A stretch of DNA of 64,000 bases. It comes from Malacoraja senta (Eukaryota). Numbering within the stretch: the first letter of the stretch is position 1; each line of letters begins with the position of its first letter. The notes beneath the pieces were generated by a model. The model was not told where the DNA came from. It did no database searches and was given only the letters and a program-made list of their open reading frames with translations. The translations under genes were made by a program, and so were the position numbers. The stretch lies in NCBI GenBank assembly GCA_038087875.1, contig CM075990.1, positions 10,914,001 through 10,978,000 on the forward strand, in the 5' to 3' direction. Below are positions 39,490-51,946 of this stretch, one piece after another.

Positions 39490-40300
39490 CACCATATAAA
39501 CGGCACCTGGGCGTTGCACTGTCGCCGTGCAGGGGGTTGCGAGATGGCAAGTGGGGAGAGTAGCTGGATCACGAAGACGAAGAGGGTGAAACAGGCCGAC
39601 TTACCCCCCAGGGCAGCTTCCAACACATCCAAAATGGCGGCCTGGATACCGCAGCGGCTGCCGGTGGGCAGTGGGCACACCGAGACACCCTGCCTCAGTG
39701 ACGGCCTCGGACATTAAACCCAGCGGCGGGCCTTTGCCAACCTCAGTGCCCGGCCCCAGGGTTGGTGAGGATCGGTTGGTTGGTTGGGCGGGCGGGCGGA
39801 CGGGCGGGCGGGCGGACGCAGAGCGAGCGGCTGCCTGGGAACCGGCACGGCCTGCGTGACGTGTTACGCGGGCCACCCACCTAACTTGCTGGCGGCCGCC
39901 CCGATTGACGGCCCGGCGAGCCAATCGGACACCGCTCAGCGAGAAGACCCGGCGGTACTGACCAATCATCGCCATGAGGAGGCGGGATCTTTGGATCAAG
40001 TTTGATTGACCCAAGAGCGCTTCGCAAAGGCCGTTGGGACGAGGCACTTTAATTGGTATTTCCTCAAACTCGCCCAGAGACTGGGACAGGATCAGATCCC
40101 GGGCATGGATCTTACTCTGCACCGTGCAACGTCTCCGGCTCATACCAGACCGTGCACTCACTGCCGAGAACTTCTCTTGCGTTGTATTATTTTGTTTATG
40201 TCTGATCCAATGCCCCAGCTGTGAACTCTGCTCACTGCACAGTGAACCTTGAACTCTGTGCAGTCTATGTTGGCACTTAAGATAATGACGTGGCACATTA
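39490..40300 (-). promoter_or_regulatory. CpG-island promoter of GBF1
   Basis: High GC and CpG density, GGGCGG repeats (39786-39815), TGACGTG at 39857-39863, CCAAT boxes near 39921 and 39962, TGACGTGGC at 40286-40294. Confidence 0.85.
39605..39850 (-). other. GBF1: GBF1 exon 1 (5' leader; 5' end approximate)
   Basis: Strong donor GGG|gtaagt at 39605/39604 inside a CpG island 3.2 kb upstream of exon 2. YY1-type motif GCCGCCATTTT at 39631-39641. TSS position is inferred. Confidence 0.75.
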
Positions 40301-41916
40301 TGAAATGTTGCCCGTTTCCATTGTTTTGCAATGTACCAATAGAAGCAATAATTAATAAACATAATAAACATAAGACGTATTGGTGGAATCAATCTAAGAA
40401 CTACAAACACTGCTCACCTCTTCAGTGAATCCTATCATCTGAACGTTCCAGCTTCAACCCCATTCCAGCTACTTGTACACAGAAAGGGCACAGATCCTGC
40501 CTTTCGGATTCCCTTGTACTGCCTTGGGGGGAAAGGTGGACGTAAAGAGTGTTATTACTATTTAAACCCAGCCACTATCACGAAATTTATTATCTAGCCA
40601 TGGCCATATTTCTGTTCGAGGAAGCTTGCTGTGTGCAAATTGGCCCGCAGGTTTGCGACTTTGCTGTGTGTACATATTGTTCATCAGTTGAATGATGTTC
40701 CGCGACCGTTTCAAAGTAATGTGAAAGATTGCATGTAAATGCTAGACATTCCTTACAGCGTGGCACAGTCTAATAGGCACGAAGACAGGTGCACATCACG
40801 ATAAAAGGTTTTATGATGGTGTGGACCCTTTTTCGATCAATCCGAAATGAAAATGTCAAGATAGGTATTTGAAAATAAATCAATTGAAAGGTTAAGGCCA
40901 GGTTGATTGGTTTACATTTTATCCCACGGTTAAAATACAGCGTAATTCAAAGTAATTTAAATCAAGTTAGCAAAGAACATTTAAGAATAACATTGGCTTG
41001 AAACTTTTGACTCTGCCCACTGCCTCGTATTTTGTGTTGGAAATATGCACCGTGCAATATTTAACACTCGCCTACCAGTTGTCCCCAGCGAGATTAACTG
41101 CGATGCAAATTTCTTTTTCCGCCTATTCCAGAATTTATGTTTAAATTTTAAATAGTAATTTTTAAAATCAGTCTTCATAGCGCCGCTCGATGTTGGATTT
41201 CTGATGTAGAACAGTTGCAGATCAACCGCTTCTTTATCTACAAAAGGTAAATAGATGCTCAGTCCAGAGGTGGCCATTTTCCCCTATTGTGAACTTGTTA
41301 ATGTTCAGCCCGGTGGATCCGTGCATGTATATTCAGAGATCCAATCCAATCTCCCACAACTCTTCTGAATGAATCGGGGATGGGTAAGGCGGGGGCGGGG
41401 AGAGAAGGGGGTGGTAGCTGGGACGCGGTGTACTGCGGTGGGCCGGACCTCTCCGCTCACACAGTGGTCGCGTCGTTTCGCAGCAGCCGATGGTATTGGC
41501 ATAAAATCAATCCTTCCAGCAAATGGGATCGCATAGCTTGGGTTTCACTGAGACTCTCCGAGCAACTGCAAGGACCTGCCGCGTGTTTTCGAAGGAACTC
41601 TTAATTCTGACAGCTCCAGGAATCTCTAATCTTCGGTAAACTTATCCTATCCCTGGATTTATTCATTTAAAGAGGAATTTGCTGTAAGTGATTATCAGTA
41701 TCGACCTTCTCACTGATAAATGTTTGAGAATCGTTTTTCTTTCCTGTTGCCTTGCCCTGTGCCTGTACTGTACATCTCAACAATTGATATTTGTATCTAT
41801 ATAATGTATATAATACAATGCGTTATTTCTCAAACAGGAAATCCCCTTAATCCACGATATGTAGTTCAGCTGTAGCCCGCATTAAATGCATTTTCGGCAA
41901 ATGTTTTGGGCCAGTA

Positions 41917-41938
41917 TGTGTGTGTGTGTGTGTGTGTG
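41917..41938. repeat. (TG)n microsatellite
   Basis: Directly visible. Confidence 0.9.
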
Positions 41939-44459
41939 CGGTTTAATGGTGTTTGGATTCACAGTTGTTGTTTTTTGCGAGATCTTACGCTTCTATTTTT
42001 GAAGACTGATCCTATTAACAGTGATCCAACAGCGCGATATCGTCCCTGATTTACTCCCCGTAAAGCCCGAATGGCCTATTCCCTTATGCCCATGGCTTGA
42101 TATCGAAGGCGTGTTAACAGGGGGATATTTTGAGAATGATTAATGAAGCGCGGTTTTTACAACGCTCTCTCTCTCTATTTAGACTGGGAGCGAAATTTAC
42201 ATCTCTTGGCAACCGGGTAAAATTTTTAAAAAGGTTTCCAAGTTGATTGTTTTTATATAACTGCATGCCCATCTTTTTACTACCTAACACTGTCATAGCC
42301 GGAGCGATCGGTTCCGCGTGTCAAGACTAATATCTTTTAAAATGAGATATAGCAACAGCAGGAAGGAAACGATTTTACGAACCCCGTCCAATTATTTGGC
42401 CACATAACCAGAAACAGGTTTAGATTGGGAAATGTCATCTTATTCATAAAACTAAGGGGCGATGTGAGAATCTGGGTACTGGTTGGTTTCCAGATACATA
42501 ATCTACGTGAAGTAAACCAATGTATCAGGAAAGAATAGTCTCGATAACTTCGGCGCGTAGTTACGAAAAGTTATAACAAATACGACAAATATGTCAGAAC
42601 TGATGAGATGAAGAAGGATGAAAATATTTGTGATGGTAAAACGCAGCGATTTACATTGCTGTTCCATTACTTAGTGGAATACGAGAGCGCTGTTTGTTCA
42701 AAAGTAACATTCTCTTGAAATTATGTCACTCTGTAACTGGGCAGCTGCGAATCAAACAGTATGCATTCTTCCATCTCATACACAAGAGCCGCCAGACTCA
42801 CGACCAAGATTTGAATGATTATCCCTTTCCTGACATTAGTTTACCCAAATCTCGATTTCTAAAAAAATGACATTGGGCCCAGGAATTTAAAACTATTATT
42901 TAAATGGGAAGAGACCGAGAAGTAAAATTGGGTTGAAATATTTTTTTAAAATGAATGGCATTCTTCAGCGGTTGTGAAAGATTTTTGTCTTCCTTAGAAC
43001 AATCAATGGGGTTGTCTGTGGAAGAAGCAGCTGCTGCCTTATTTCGGGCGAATTCCAAGTGTCACTGAACACAACAGAGACAGGGCGGGTAGGTTCCTGA
43101 CACTCACCTTCAGATCCAGTGCAGGTAGGCCCGAGAAAGAGTCACCGCTTCTTCAAATAACGTACAAGTATATTCCGCTGTCCTCGTGCGGCTGGGCGGT
43201 GAACAAAAGAAATCTTTCACGATTGTGCCGGGTGGGTTCGGGAGGAAAATTGATGGCTAGCAGGTGCGCCCTAGCCGCGGGAGACCCTGTATAAGATCCA
43301 CAGACTTTCCTGCACGTTTACTGCAAGGGGCAACATTCAGCTTGGAGAAAGTACCAAAGACAAACACGGGCATTTGTTCTAAAATAAAGGGGAGGATGGG
43401 GTGGATAGAACGCCTCCGCCAGTCCTGATATTAAGTAAACATTCCAATGATCCTGCGTGCTCAATATCTGTGTTTTCACGAGAAGATATGTAGTTTTTAA
43501 GTTAATTATGAAGCTGTTTTTTTGTCAAGCATAAACGGTAAGTATCTCGGGCACAGTTCGATTGCTCTGCATGCATAGACTCAAACCATGTTGAGAGGCC
43601 AGTGAGTGTCTAATGCTTAAAGTGTAAAAGGATCAGTTTATAATAAGAAATGTATAGCTTGTACTAATTTATATCTGCACAAGCAGAAATTAAAAAACAA
43701 CATTTAGAAGTATATGACGGCATAGACGAACGCAATATAAGACTAAACAATATATATATATATATATAAATGGTAACGAACTTGTCACGGGAAAGGTTTA
43801 AGCGGATAGATTGTGCTACCGACACTTAACGAAATTAATTGTTCACTCTATTTAAAGAGATCACTAGTAAGAAATGGATGAACAGCATGTAAAATATTTC
43901 TCTAAATTATTTTCCGACGAGCTATCCTTTATTTTGACTGCGAATAATTGCCCGTTGGAAGAAATGAAACACCCGCGTATATGTAATGCCAGAATAGTTA
44001 CGTAAGCGGGTTATTTTTTCAGCATAATAAAATTTAAAAAATGAATCATTTCTTGCCGAGAGATTAAACATTTCATCCTCAAACTAGGAAGCATTTTGTG
44101 ACCTTTCGACCAAGAAGCGGATGTTTTCGATTAAGAAAGAGAAATGCTCTTGAAAGATAAGCCGAACTACCTGAATTTTCTTAGTTCTATGCGTCATGAC
44201 ACCCGCTATTTAATAAGAAAATTTAACGCGAATTATGAAATTGATTTTAGTTAGGAAATCCGCATGGTCCCACGTCCATTTGGGCCTCTTCTGTTAAGAT
44301 GGAATCTTTCCCGAAGGTGTTTTGAACGCAACACCAGCAAGGGAGGGCAGATTACATGAAATGGTAACATTCCTAAATTAATCACCTTAGTCTCGGTGGT
44401 TCGGTTAAATTCGAATGATGCCCAGATATTGTACATAGAGGTAATTCGGGCTTGTTAAT

Positions 44460-44559
44460 GGTCTGTGATTAGGTGCATCTGGAGCGCGCTCTATAAGCCA
44501 CCAGTCCGAGGGTAGAGAGCACTGAATGGGAATAAAACATTACAGAGAAAATGTCCAAG
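44460..44559 (+). promoter_or_regulatory. Candidate PITX3 core promoter and short first exon
   Basis: GATTAG homeodomain-type site (~44467), TATA-like CTATAAG (44491-44497), then ~40 nt ending in a strong donor AAG|gtgagc at 44559/44560, 3.2 kb upstream of the coding exon. Motif evidence only. Confidence 0.45.
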
Positions 44560-45254
44560 GTGAGCATAACCACGAAAAAAGGTCGCATTTGATGTCCATC
44601 ATTTGTCTGTTTTACTGCTATTAAATTACTAATTATTATTATTCAGTCAGTAAATCAACTTTTAATTTTCAAATCAAGGTGTTCTTCCAGGGACACGATA
44701 GAGCAAAGGGGGAGCTGCTGCTAAATATTGCGTTTTTTAAAGCTAGATTTTGATGTTCCTGTTTGAACCCTGTAAAGTATTCACTATCGTCCAACACAAC
44801 GGTGGGGCGACTGGAGCAAGATATTTTTTTTAGTGTATTAAATTAACTCCACACCGCCCAGTAACACGGATAAAGCTCCGACTCGACTCGATATTGAATA
44901 TTAATGCGACCAAACAGATTGGATAATAAATGTGACATGGAATTAAATGAAGCTGTTGCTGATCTACATGACCCGACTCCCCCCCCCCTCGCTCCACGAG
45001 GAGACAGGCAGTTGCGGAGAAAGGAAACGCGCCTGACAGATGCAATCAGATGCAAATGGGGGCAGAAGAGCTGAAATTATCATCTACAAACATTCCGTCA
45101 AAATTCCATCTGCTTCCCTCTATATCTATATCTATGTGTGTGTATATATATGGACGGACGGGGAGCCGCCGCATCTTAATAAGTTATGGGACGGCAAATT
45201 GACACACATCTTAATCAAATGTTAATCCAAGAAATTAATTCACAGCGCGTTTAT

Positions 45255-45271
45255 GTCTCTCTGCCTCTCTC

Positions 45272-45338
<67 letters not shown>

Positions 45339-45465
45339 CTCTGTCTGCCCCCCCCCCCTCCCCTCTCTTTCTTTCTCTGTCTGTTTCTGTCTATATCCCT
45401 CCCTCTCTCTGTGTGTCTCTCTGTCTCCATATATATCTCTTTCTCCCTCTTTCTCCCTATCTCTT
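45255..45465. repeat. (CT)n microsatellite and CT-rich low-complexity tract
   Basis: Directly visible. Confidence 0.95.
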
Positions 45466-46212
45466 ACATGGAGAATGTTATCAGACTGTATAAAACTATA
45501 GATATGTATTTGGTCATAGAGTGAGGCGTCTGACTTATGAATTGGAGGATATATTATTTAACATGCGTGGATTTGATTTTAGCAATTAGCGCTTTAAGCA
45601 TGGTCTAAGTTTGGGTTATAAACAACAGTTTAGAACCCCACCTCATTCTTTCGCCTGAAGTTAAGACACCAGATATGGTGATGTAGAATTTCAGTGCAAT
45701 TGGCTTTTTTGGGGATATATTTAAATAACATCAAAGTTTGAGCTCGAGATACGAATATAATGTGCTGATTTTCACAACTGAAAATTGGATCGGAGTTTGG
45801 AGGGAAGGGGAAGTGTAGAATCAAAATGATTTTGTACCAGAAGAACAAAAATAAAACCAGGAAATTCACGTCACCGAAGTTAGGTGGAAGACTGGACCAT
45901 GAAACTAGCAATGGCAAGAGACGAATCTCAACGACTCGAAACCGGCCTGAAATTGTGAATATGCAGTTTATAAATGCACGTCTTTGTCTCACGTTCAGTC
46001 TTTAATGGGCCGCATAGCTGCGAGTTCGATAAAAAATAATTACGATCTGTATAGAAGTTAATTAAATGTCCTTGCCTTTGCAATAAAGTTGCTGTCTGGT
46101 TAAATTGTCAGGGTGAAGGGGGCGAGGGGCGCATGGTTTGCCCTATGTTTCCCCTAGAATTCACTAAATAAAACAAAAGTCCCCTTGGTTGAAATGCATT
46201 GTTTGTAAGTAA

Positions 46213-46653
46213 AAATAGGCACAAAAAGCTGAAGTAACTCAGCGAGACAGGCATCATCTCTGGAGAGAAGAGATGGGTGACGTTTTGGGTCGAGATTCTC
46301 TCTCTGTCTTTCTCTGTCTCTGTCCCCCCCCCCCCCCCCCCCCCCGCTCTCTGTTTCTCTCGTTCTCTGTCTCTGTATCTCTCTCTCTCTCTCCTCTCTC
46401 CCCCATCTTTCTCGAAAAAGAGTTAAAACGGATGTCACAAAACCGCGCTCGGATTTATTTAACAAATAACGACGGTATTATAACCATCCTGTTTCGAGGA
46501 TCTAATGACAATTCCAAACCAGGATCGTGGCGAGATCTCGACCCGAAACGTCACCCATTCCTTCTCTCCAGAGATGCTGTCTGTCCCACTGAGTTGCGCC
46601 TGCTTTTTGTGTCTATCTTCGGTTTAAAACAGCATCCGCAGTTCCTTCCTACA
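46213..46653. mobile_element. Inverted Penelope terminal repeats enclosing non-element DNA
   Basis: Arms ~46218-46295 and ~46535-46653; 16-bp TSD CATTGTTTGTAAGTAA (46197-46212, 46654-46669). Confidence 0.85.
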
Positions 46654-47784
46654 CATTGTTTGTAAGTAATACTTCTCCTCAAACATTGGATCTGCCTGGC
46701 GACACCTCCCTGACAGTTGTCTGGGTCTACACCTTTGTAGAAATCACATCTATTTGCATCGTTTTTTATCACGTTTCGAGCTACATCTCAAAAACGTTGT
46801 AGAGTCAATAAATTGTTTCACGGAATGAATATATTAGCTAATATATAGACAAACTATAGACATGTGCGCTTAGGAAATAAGATTCGCCGTGGCAAAAAGG
46901 ATTAAAGTCTCTGCTTTCTTGATAGTCAGAAAAAAGTAAATATACACTGACTCTCTTGATCACTGTAATTATAGGACCACAATTTATCAAAGTTAATGTC
47001 GTGTTTAACTGCAGTAGAATGTGTGTTTGCTCGGATTTTAGTGCAAACGTCTTGTTGTGAAGTGCGGAATAAGATCCAATGAAGTCCACATTATAGTGGA
47101 CTATACGTCCGGGCGTTGCTTGCTGTTTTGTTTTGTTAAGGAAAGATAATATGAACCACAGTAAATGGAGTCAAAAAAACACAAAGTGCTGGAGTAACTC
47201 AGCCGGTCGGGTAGCATCTCTGGTGGACATGGATATGTGATGTTTCGGGTCGGGATCCTACTGAAGAGTGAGGAGAGTCGAATTTTACTAAAAATATCGC
47301 AAGACGTTGTTATAGACAAGGAGGGCAATCGATTAGTGATTCTCGTCACGATTCGCATAGAATGGGAGACCCATCCAATTTGAACTTTCAATTTGACGGC
47401 GTCTCCGCTGTGAATCGCTGTGAATCGAACGGGAAAGATAAAGAAAAAAGAGTGAGAACGGATGTCACAAAACCGCGCTCGGATTTATTTAACAAATAAC
47501 GACGGTATTATAACCAACCTGTTTCGAGGATCTAATGACATTTCCAAACCAGGGTCGTGGCGTGATGTATGTTATTAACTTTATTTTGAGTTAGAAAATG
47601 TTTTAAATGATGAATTCCCAGGTAAAGATTGTAGCTGCCCAATCCAACAACAAAAAAATCACAGTGGCAATAAGCCGGCGCAGACAGAATCACAGAAGGG
47701 AGAGTCTTTGTTTAGGTTGGGTTTGCAGATGTACGTTGACTTGACTTTGCATCGCGTTTTATTTTTGCAGCACAGACGCATCGA

Positions 47785-47912
47785 ATGGAATATAACTTGT
47801 CGAGTGGAGTTCTGACCGACTCGGATGCTCCTGATCACAGCCCGATGACTCTCTCAGATTCCGGGACCCCACAAAGAGAATCCATCTGCAAAGCACACCA
47901 GGGAGAGCAGCG
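47785..47912 (+). CDS. PITX3: PITX3 N-terminal coding exon (exon 47771-47912); too short for the ORF track
   Basis: [42 protein letters not shown] resembles Pitx3 N-termini (fish [26 protein letters not shown]..CKGQ; human [24 protein letters not shown]...CKGQEHSD). Acceptor ttttatttttgcag, donor CG|gtaagc. Head-to-head with GBF1 as in human. Confidence 0.9.
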
Positions 47913-50900
47913 GTAAGCTGGTCATTTTTTAACTTGCGAATGGATGCAACTTCTCTGGGGCAAGGATAGGAAGGGGTGAGAGGAAGAGGAAGGGGGAGAA
48001 GAGGAGAGACGAGAGCTGACGCACCTCCATCAAGAAGGTACAAAATCACTATCAGAAACGGCGACAATTTGGTAGAAAAATGTCTTAACAGCTAAAGTAG
48101 CATCAATGATTGGAAAAGAACCAATGATGTTAGATCCCGCGACATCTAGTGGTCGTTTGGACGATGAAAGACCCTCGGTGAAGCAACAAACGGGGGTTCA
48201 TTGTTCTCAATGAATATTACCAACCCTGCCTGTCACTTCTCCCCTGACCTACCCCCTGACTGCTAAGTTTTAAACAAAGGTCTTGATAATCTCGTCGGGG
48301 TTGTCATAAGGCTGCGATGACCATTCCCTTCACTCATTCACATTACAACTAAAATTCAGCAAATTGAAAAAGGAGATTCTGTAGGGTTAGGAGCTAGGAT
48401 GAGCTGGTGCCTTATCACAATATTAATTTAACACCGTGGCACGCTAGATTTCATGCTACCTAGTCTGGACACGCCGAAACATCTGTCCGGGGTCAATTTC
48501 AGCTCGCCATCACACTCTTGTAATTCTCGATAAAGCATAACGAGAACACTCATGCTTAATTACTTCCGAGCGGTACCGCATACTCAGGGAATAGCCCTAA
48601 GTGTCCGTATTGAAACTGCTTTTTATTTTTGCTCGGCCGCTTGTGAATCGCATATTGGGAAATAATAAAACAGGATCTTATTAGTGCAGGTACCATTATT
48701 CCTTGATATATTATGCCAGTGGCAAAATCTTTACATTTATTTTGTAAATGCCTGGCACGTAAACTGGCCGCTTTTTGCGTGAGCAGGGGACAAGTAACCG
48801 TACAAAGTAGTTTCTTGGACAAATTACTTCGGATTTACCAAAGCTCGTAACGTTAAAAATAGAATGGTTAAAATATGTTAGAAAAAAAAAAGTCAACAAA
48901 TCGTTTATTCCTATAACAACATAATCGTAACTTGGCAAACAGGCATCTGCAGTTTCTTGTGTCTACATCGTAACTATCACGTTATTGATGTTAAATATTA
49001 TTACTGTAACAATATCTTTATATGATGAAACTATCAATATAAATAGAGATACCTATTGAGCACTGAATCATTTGCAAAGATCAGAATTTTTCGGTCAATC
49101 TATGGACAAAAATACCGATAAATCGTAACAAAAATATGTGTAAATATATTTAATTAAGCGAGAAAGAGTATAAATCGCGGGAGTATATATAGCGAGCCTG
49201 ATTAAACTCATATTGTTACTCGATAATGTAGCAAGGAGGAATGTGGCCGGGATGTGTTTAAACTTGAGAGCCCGCGCCACCATCCCCTCCCCCTCCCATC
49301 CCCCACTCCCGGGAATAGATCTGGGTAAAGACATCAAATACAAAGTGGGGTAAATCTCGGTCTAAGTCGCACGAATTTCCCCAAAGAATCCACAGAACCG
49401 CCAAATTAATTGTAACTGCATAGTACGTTACGCGGTATTATCAGCCTGTCCGCGGGCCTCTCTGGTGTAATTTCCACCAAGCCAGCGTTGTTTTTGCGCA
49501 TATGCGTTAATACCGCTGAAGACTAGAGTGAAGAGTTTTTAACTGGCAAGCGTCCCAGCAGTAGAAAATTAAATGTGCATGTATTACACGCTGCAGCTCC
49601 GCGGGCCCATGAACTCATTAACATACAATAATTAATAATACAATAAATCAATAATGAGTAATAATGGGTAATCAGACCATAATGCAAAACCGAAGTCACA
49701 TTTCCTTACTGGCGATGGTTAATGCCAACAGTTTGCAGCGATATTGTCCCAGGTCAGAAATACATCTGGCTATTTTATTTACAACCCTGACAATGCAAAT
49801 TAAAAAGGAGAGCATGTGCTGCTTAAATAAATACAGCAAAATATTTGGAAACAATTGCTCTTCATTCCAAAGCGCGAACTGGATTCCCATTCAGAACAAA
49901 TGAGAGCAAACGTTGTTACGATTTTCCTATAACGGTTTTCCTATAAGTTCTTCACTTCCCGGAGAAAGGATAGATTCTCCTTTTTAAAGAGCCCTTGGCG
50001 CCGTTTTTTTATTTGGTGAAAATTGGAAGTAAAATAATTGCTGTCCCCCTCCTAAAGATTTCAAAAGTAACATATTCCCAACGTGACCAGCTGGCTTCCA
50101 CTAAATGAAGGTTAAAGTTTGCACTGTTTCAGAAAATATATATATATAAACCTTATATAAACCTCCTTCATATTATCTGTTTATACCGAACACTTGCTTG
50201 CGGGGTCTAGTCGAGCGCCTTTTCGTTTTGTCTTGGGGGAATGGCCTCCTGAGTTTGACTGGGGATTAGCCCAGACTTCGTGAGTAGTATAAAGCATACA
50301 CTTCAACAAAGATCAAACAAGAGCGGGCCATTTCCGCTTGCAAACACAGATAGCACCATATTTTGGACATTTTCTCCAACTCCCCCCCCCCCCCCCACTC
50401 CCTAATGCCAGGCCGTGAGGTGAGGAGAAATGTGCATATCCTGTCCTTCCCGGCTTTTGGAAGTAGGACATTTAATTGAATTGGAACGAGTTGATTAAAA
50501 GGGATTGGCGGCGCCGCGATCTGACACGCAATGGGATCTCTGTTTAAAAACCATCAAAATATTTACTTTCCAAAAGCTAATCTTTCACTGACAGATCAGT
50601 CACATCTTTATTTGTTGGACTTCTGAGCACACAATAAAAAAGAGAAAAGTGAGACGGGAAGAAAACGAAAAGGGCTAAAAAAACAGACAGGGAGTGGCGT
50701 GTATGTGGGGTCCGGGCCGGATTACAAGGGGTGGACTGTCACATATTCCACTTGAAATCAATTTTATCAAAGTCAGCCAATCGGGCCCTCACGTTTGCGC
50801 TGATTTGGTGGCTTACTTGTCTTTATTCGTGAATGCCATTTGAAGTATTGACCAGTTTATGATATTTGCAGGTCAATCATAGCACGATAGTTAATAAGAC

Positions 50901-51607
50901 TTGCGTTAACACCTTTGCACGATTTTTTTATTCCGGAGTTGTATTGAGGATTTGGGTTGTTTGTGTGTGTGTTTTGAAAATTGTGTGGACGCGTTGTTGA
51001 CATTGTTTACATTTATGGATCAGTACTCGAAAGGGGACATTGAAAGCTGCTTAAATATCTATTGTGTGCGCCACATTCATGAACGAGTCATACACATTAT
51101 TGAAACTGATCACATTATGGATAGAGATGTGCCAATGAATAGTTTAATATAGTTATTTACACCCATTCCATAAAACTGAAACAACGTGGATTATTTTGTA
51201 AGTATATTTTTCAATGTAGCACATTTTGGTCTCAAATTATCTCTCACGTTTTGGGCACCGCTGCTGATTGATATATTTTATAAAATGACGCTGAAAAACA
51301 GTGACAATGCATACATTCCTACAGAGTGTAAAATGGAATGCAATTATTTGGTACAAAGAAATAGCACCAAGACAAATTGCTGCATTGTAAAAATGAGAGA
51401 ATTCTTCGTAAGTAATCCCTCCAACGGCGAGATATCAATAAATGTTTATCGGGACGGGGTTTTAAAGTATCAGAACGTGGGCATGGCTCCAGTAATTGTA
51501 GGGAATTCTTTAATTAATAAACGATATATTCCACATTTTAAATCTCGATGAATGTGAACAAATTCTTCACTGTAATCATGCTGACCCCTATGTGAGACAT
51601 ATATGAG

Positions 51608-51946
<339 letters not shown>

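Noticed and set aside
39601..40410. 269-aa minus-strand ORF as a stand-alone gene
   Set aside because: It runs through the GC-rich promoter, has no recognisable homology, and its stop is the TAA of the exon 1 donor. Only the last 110 nt are kept as a possible GBF1 extension.
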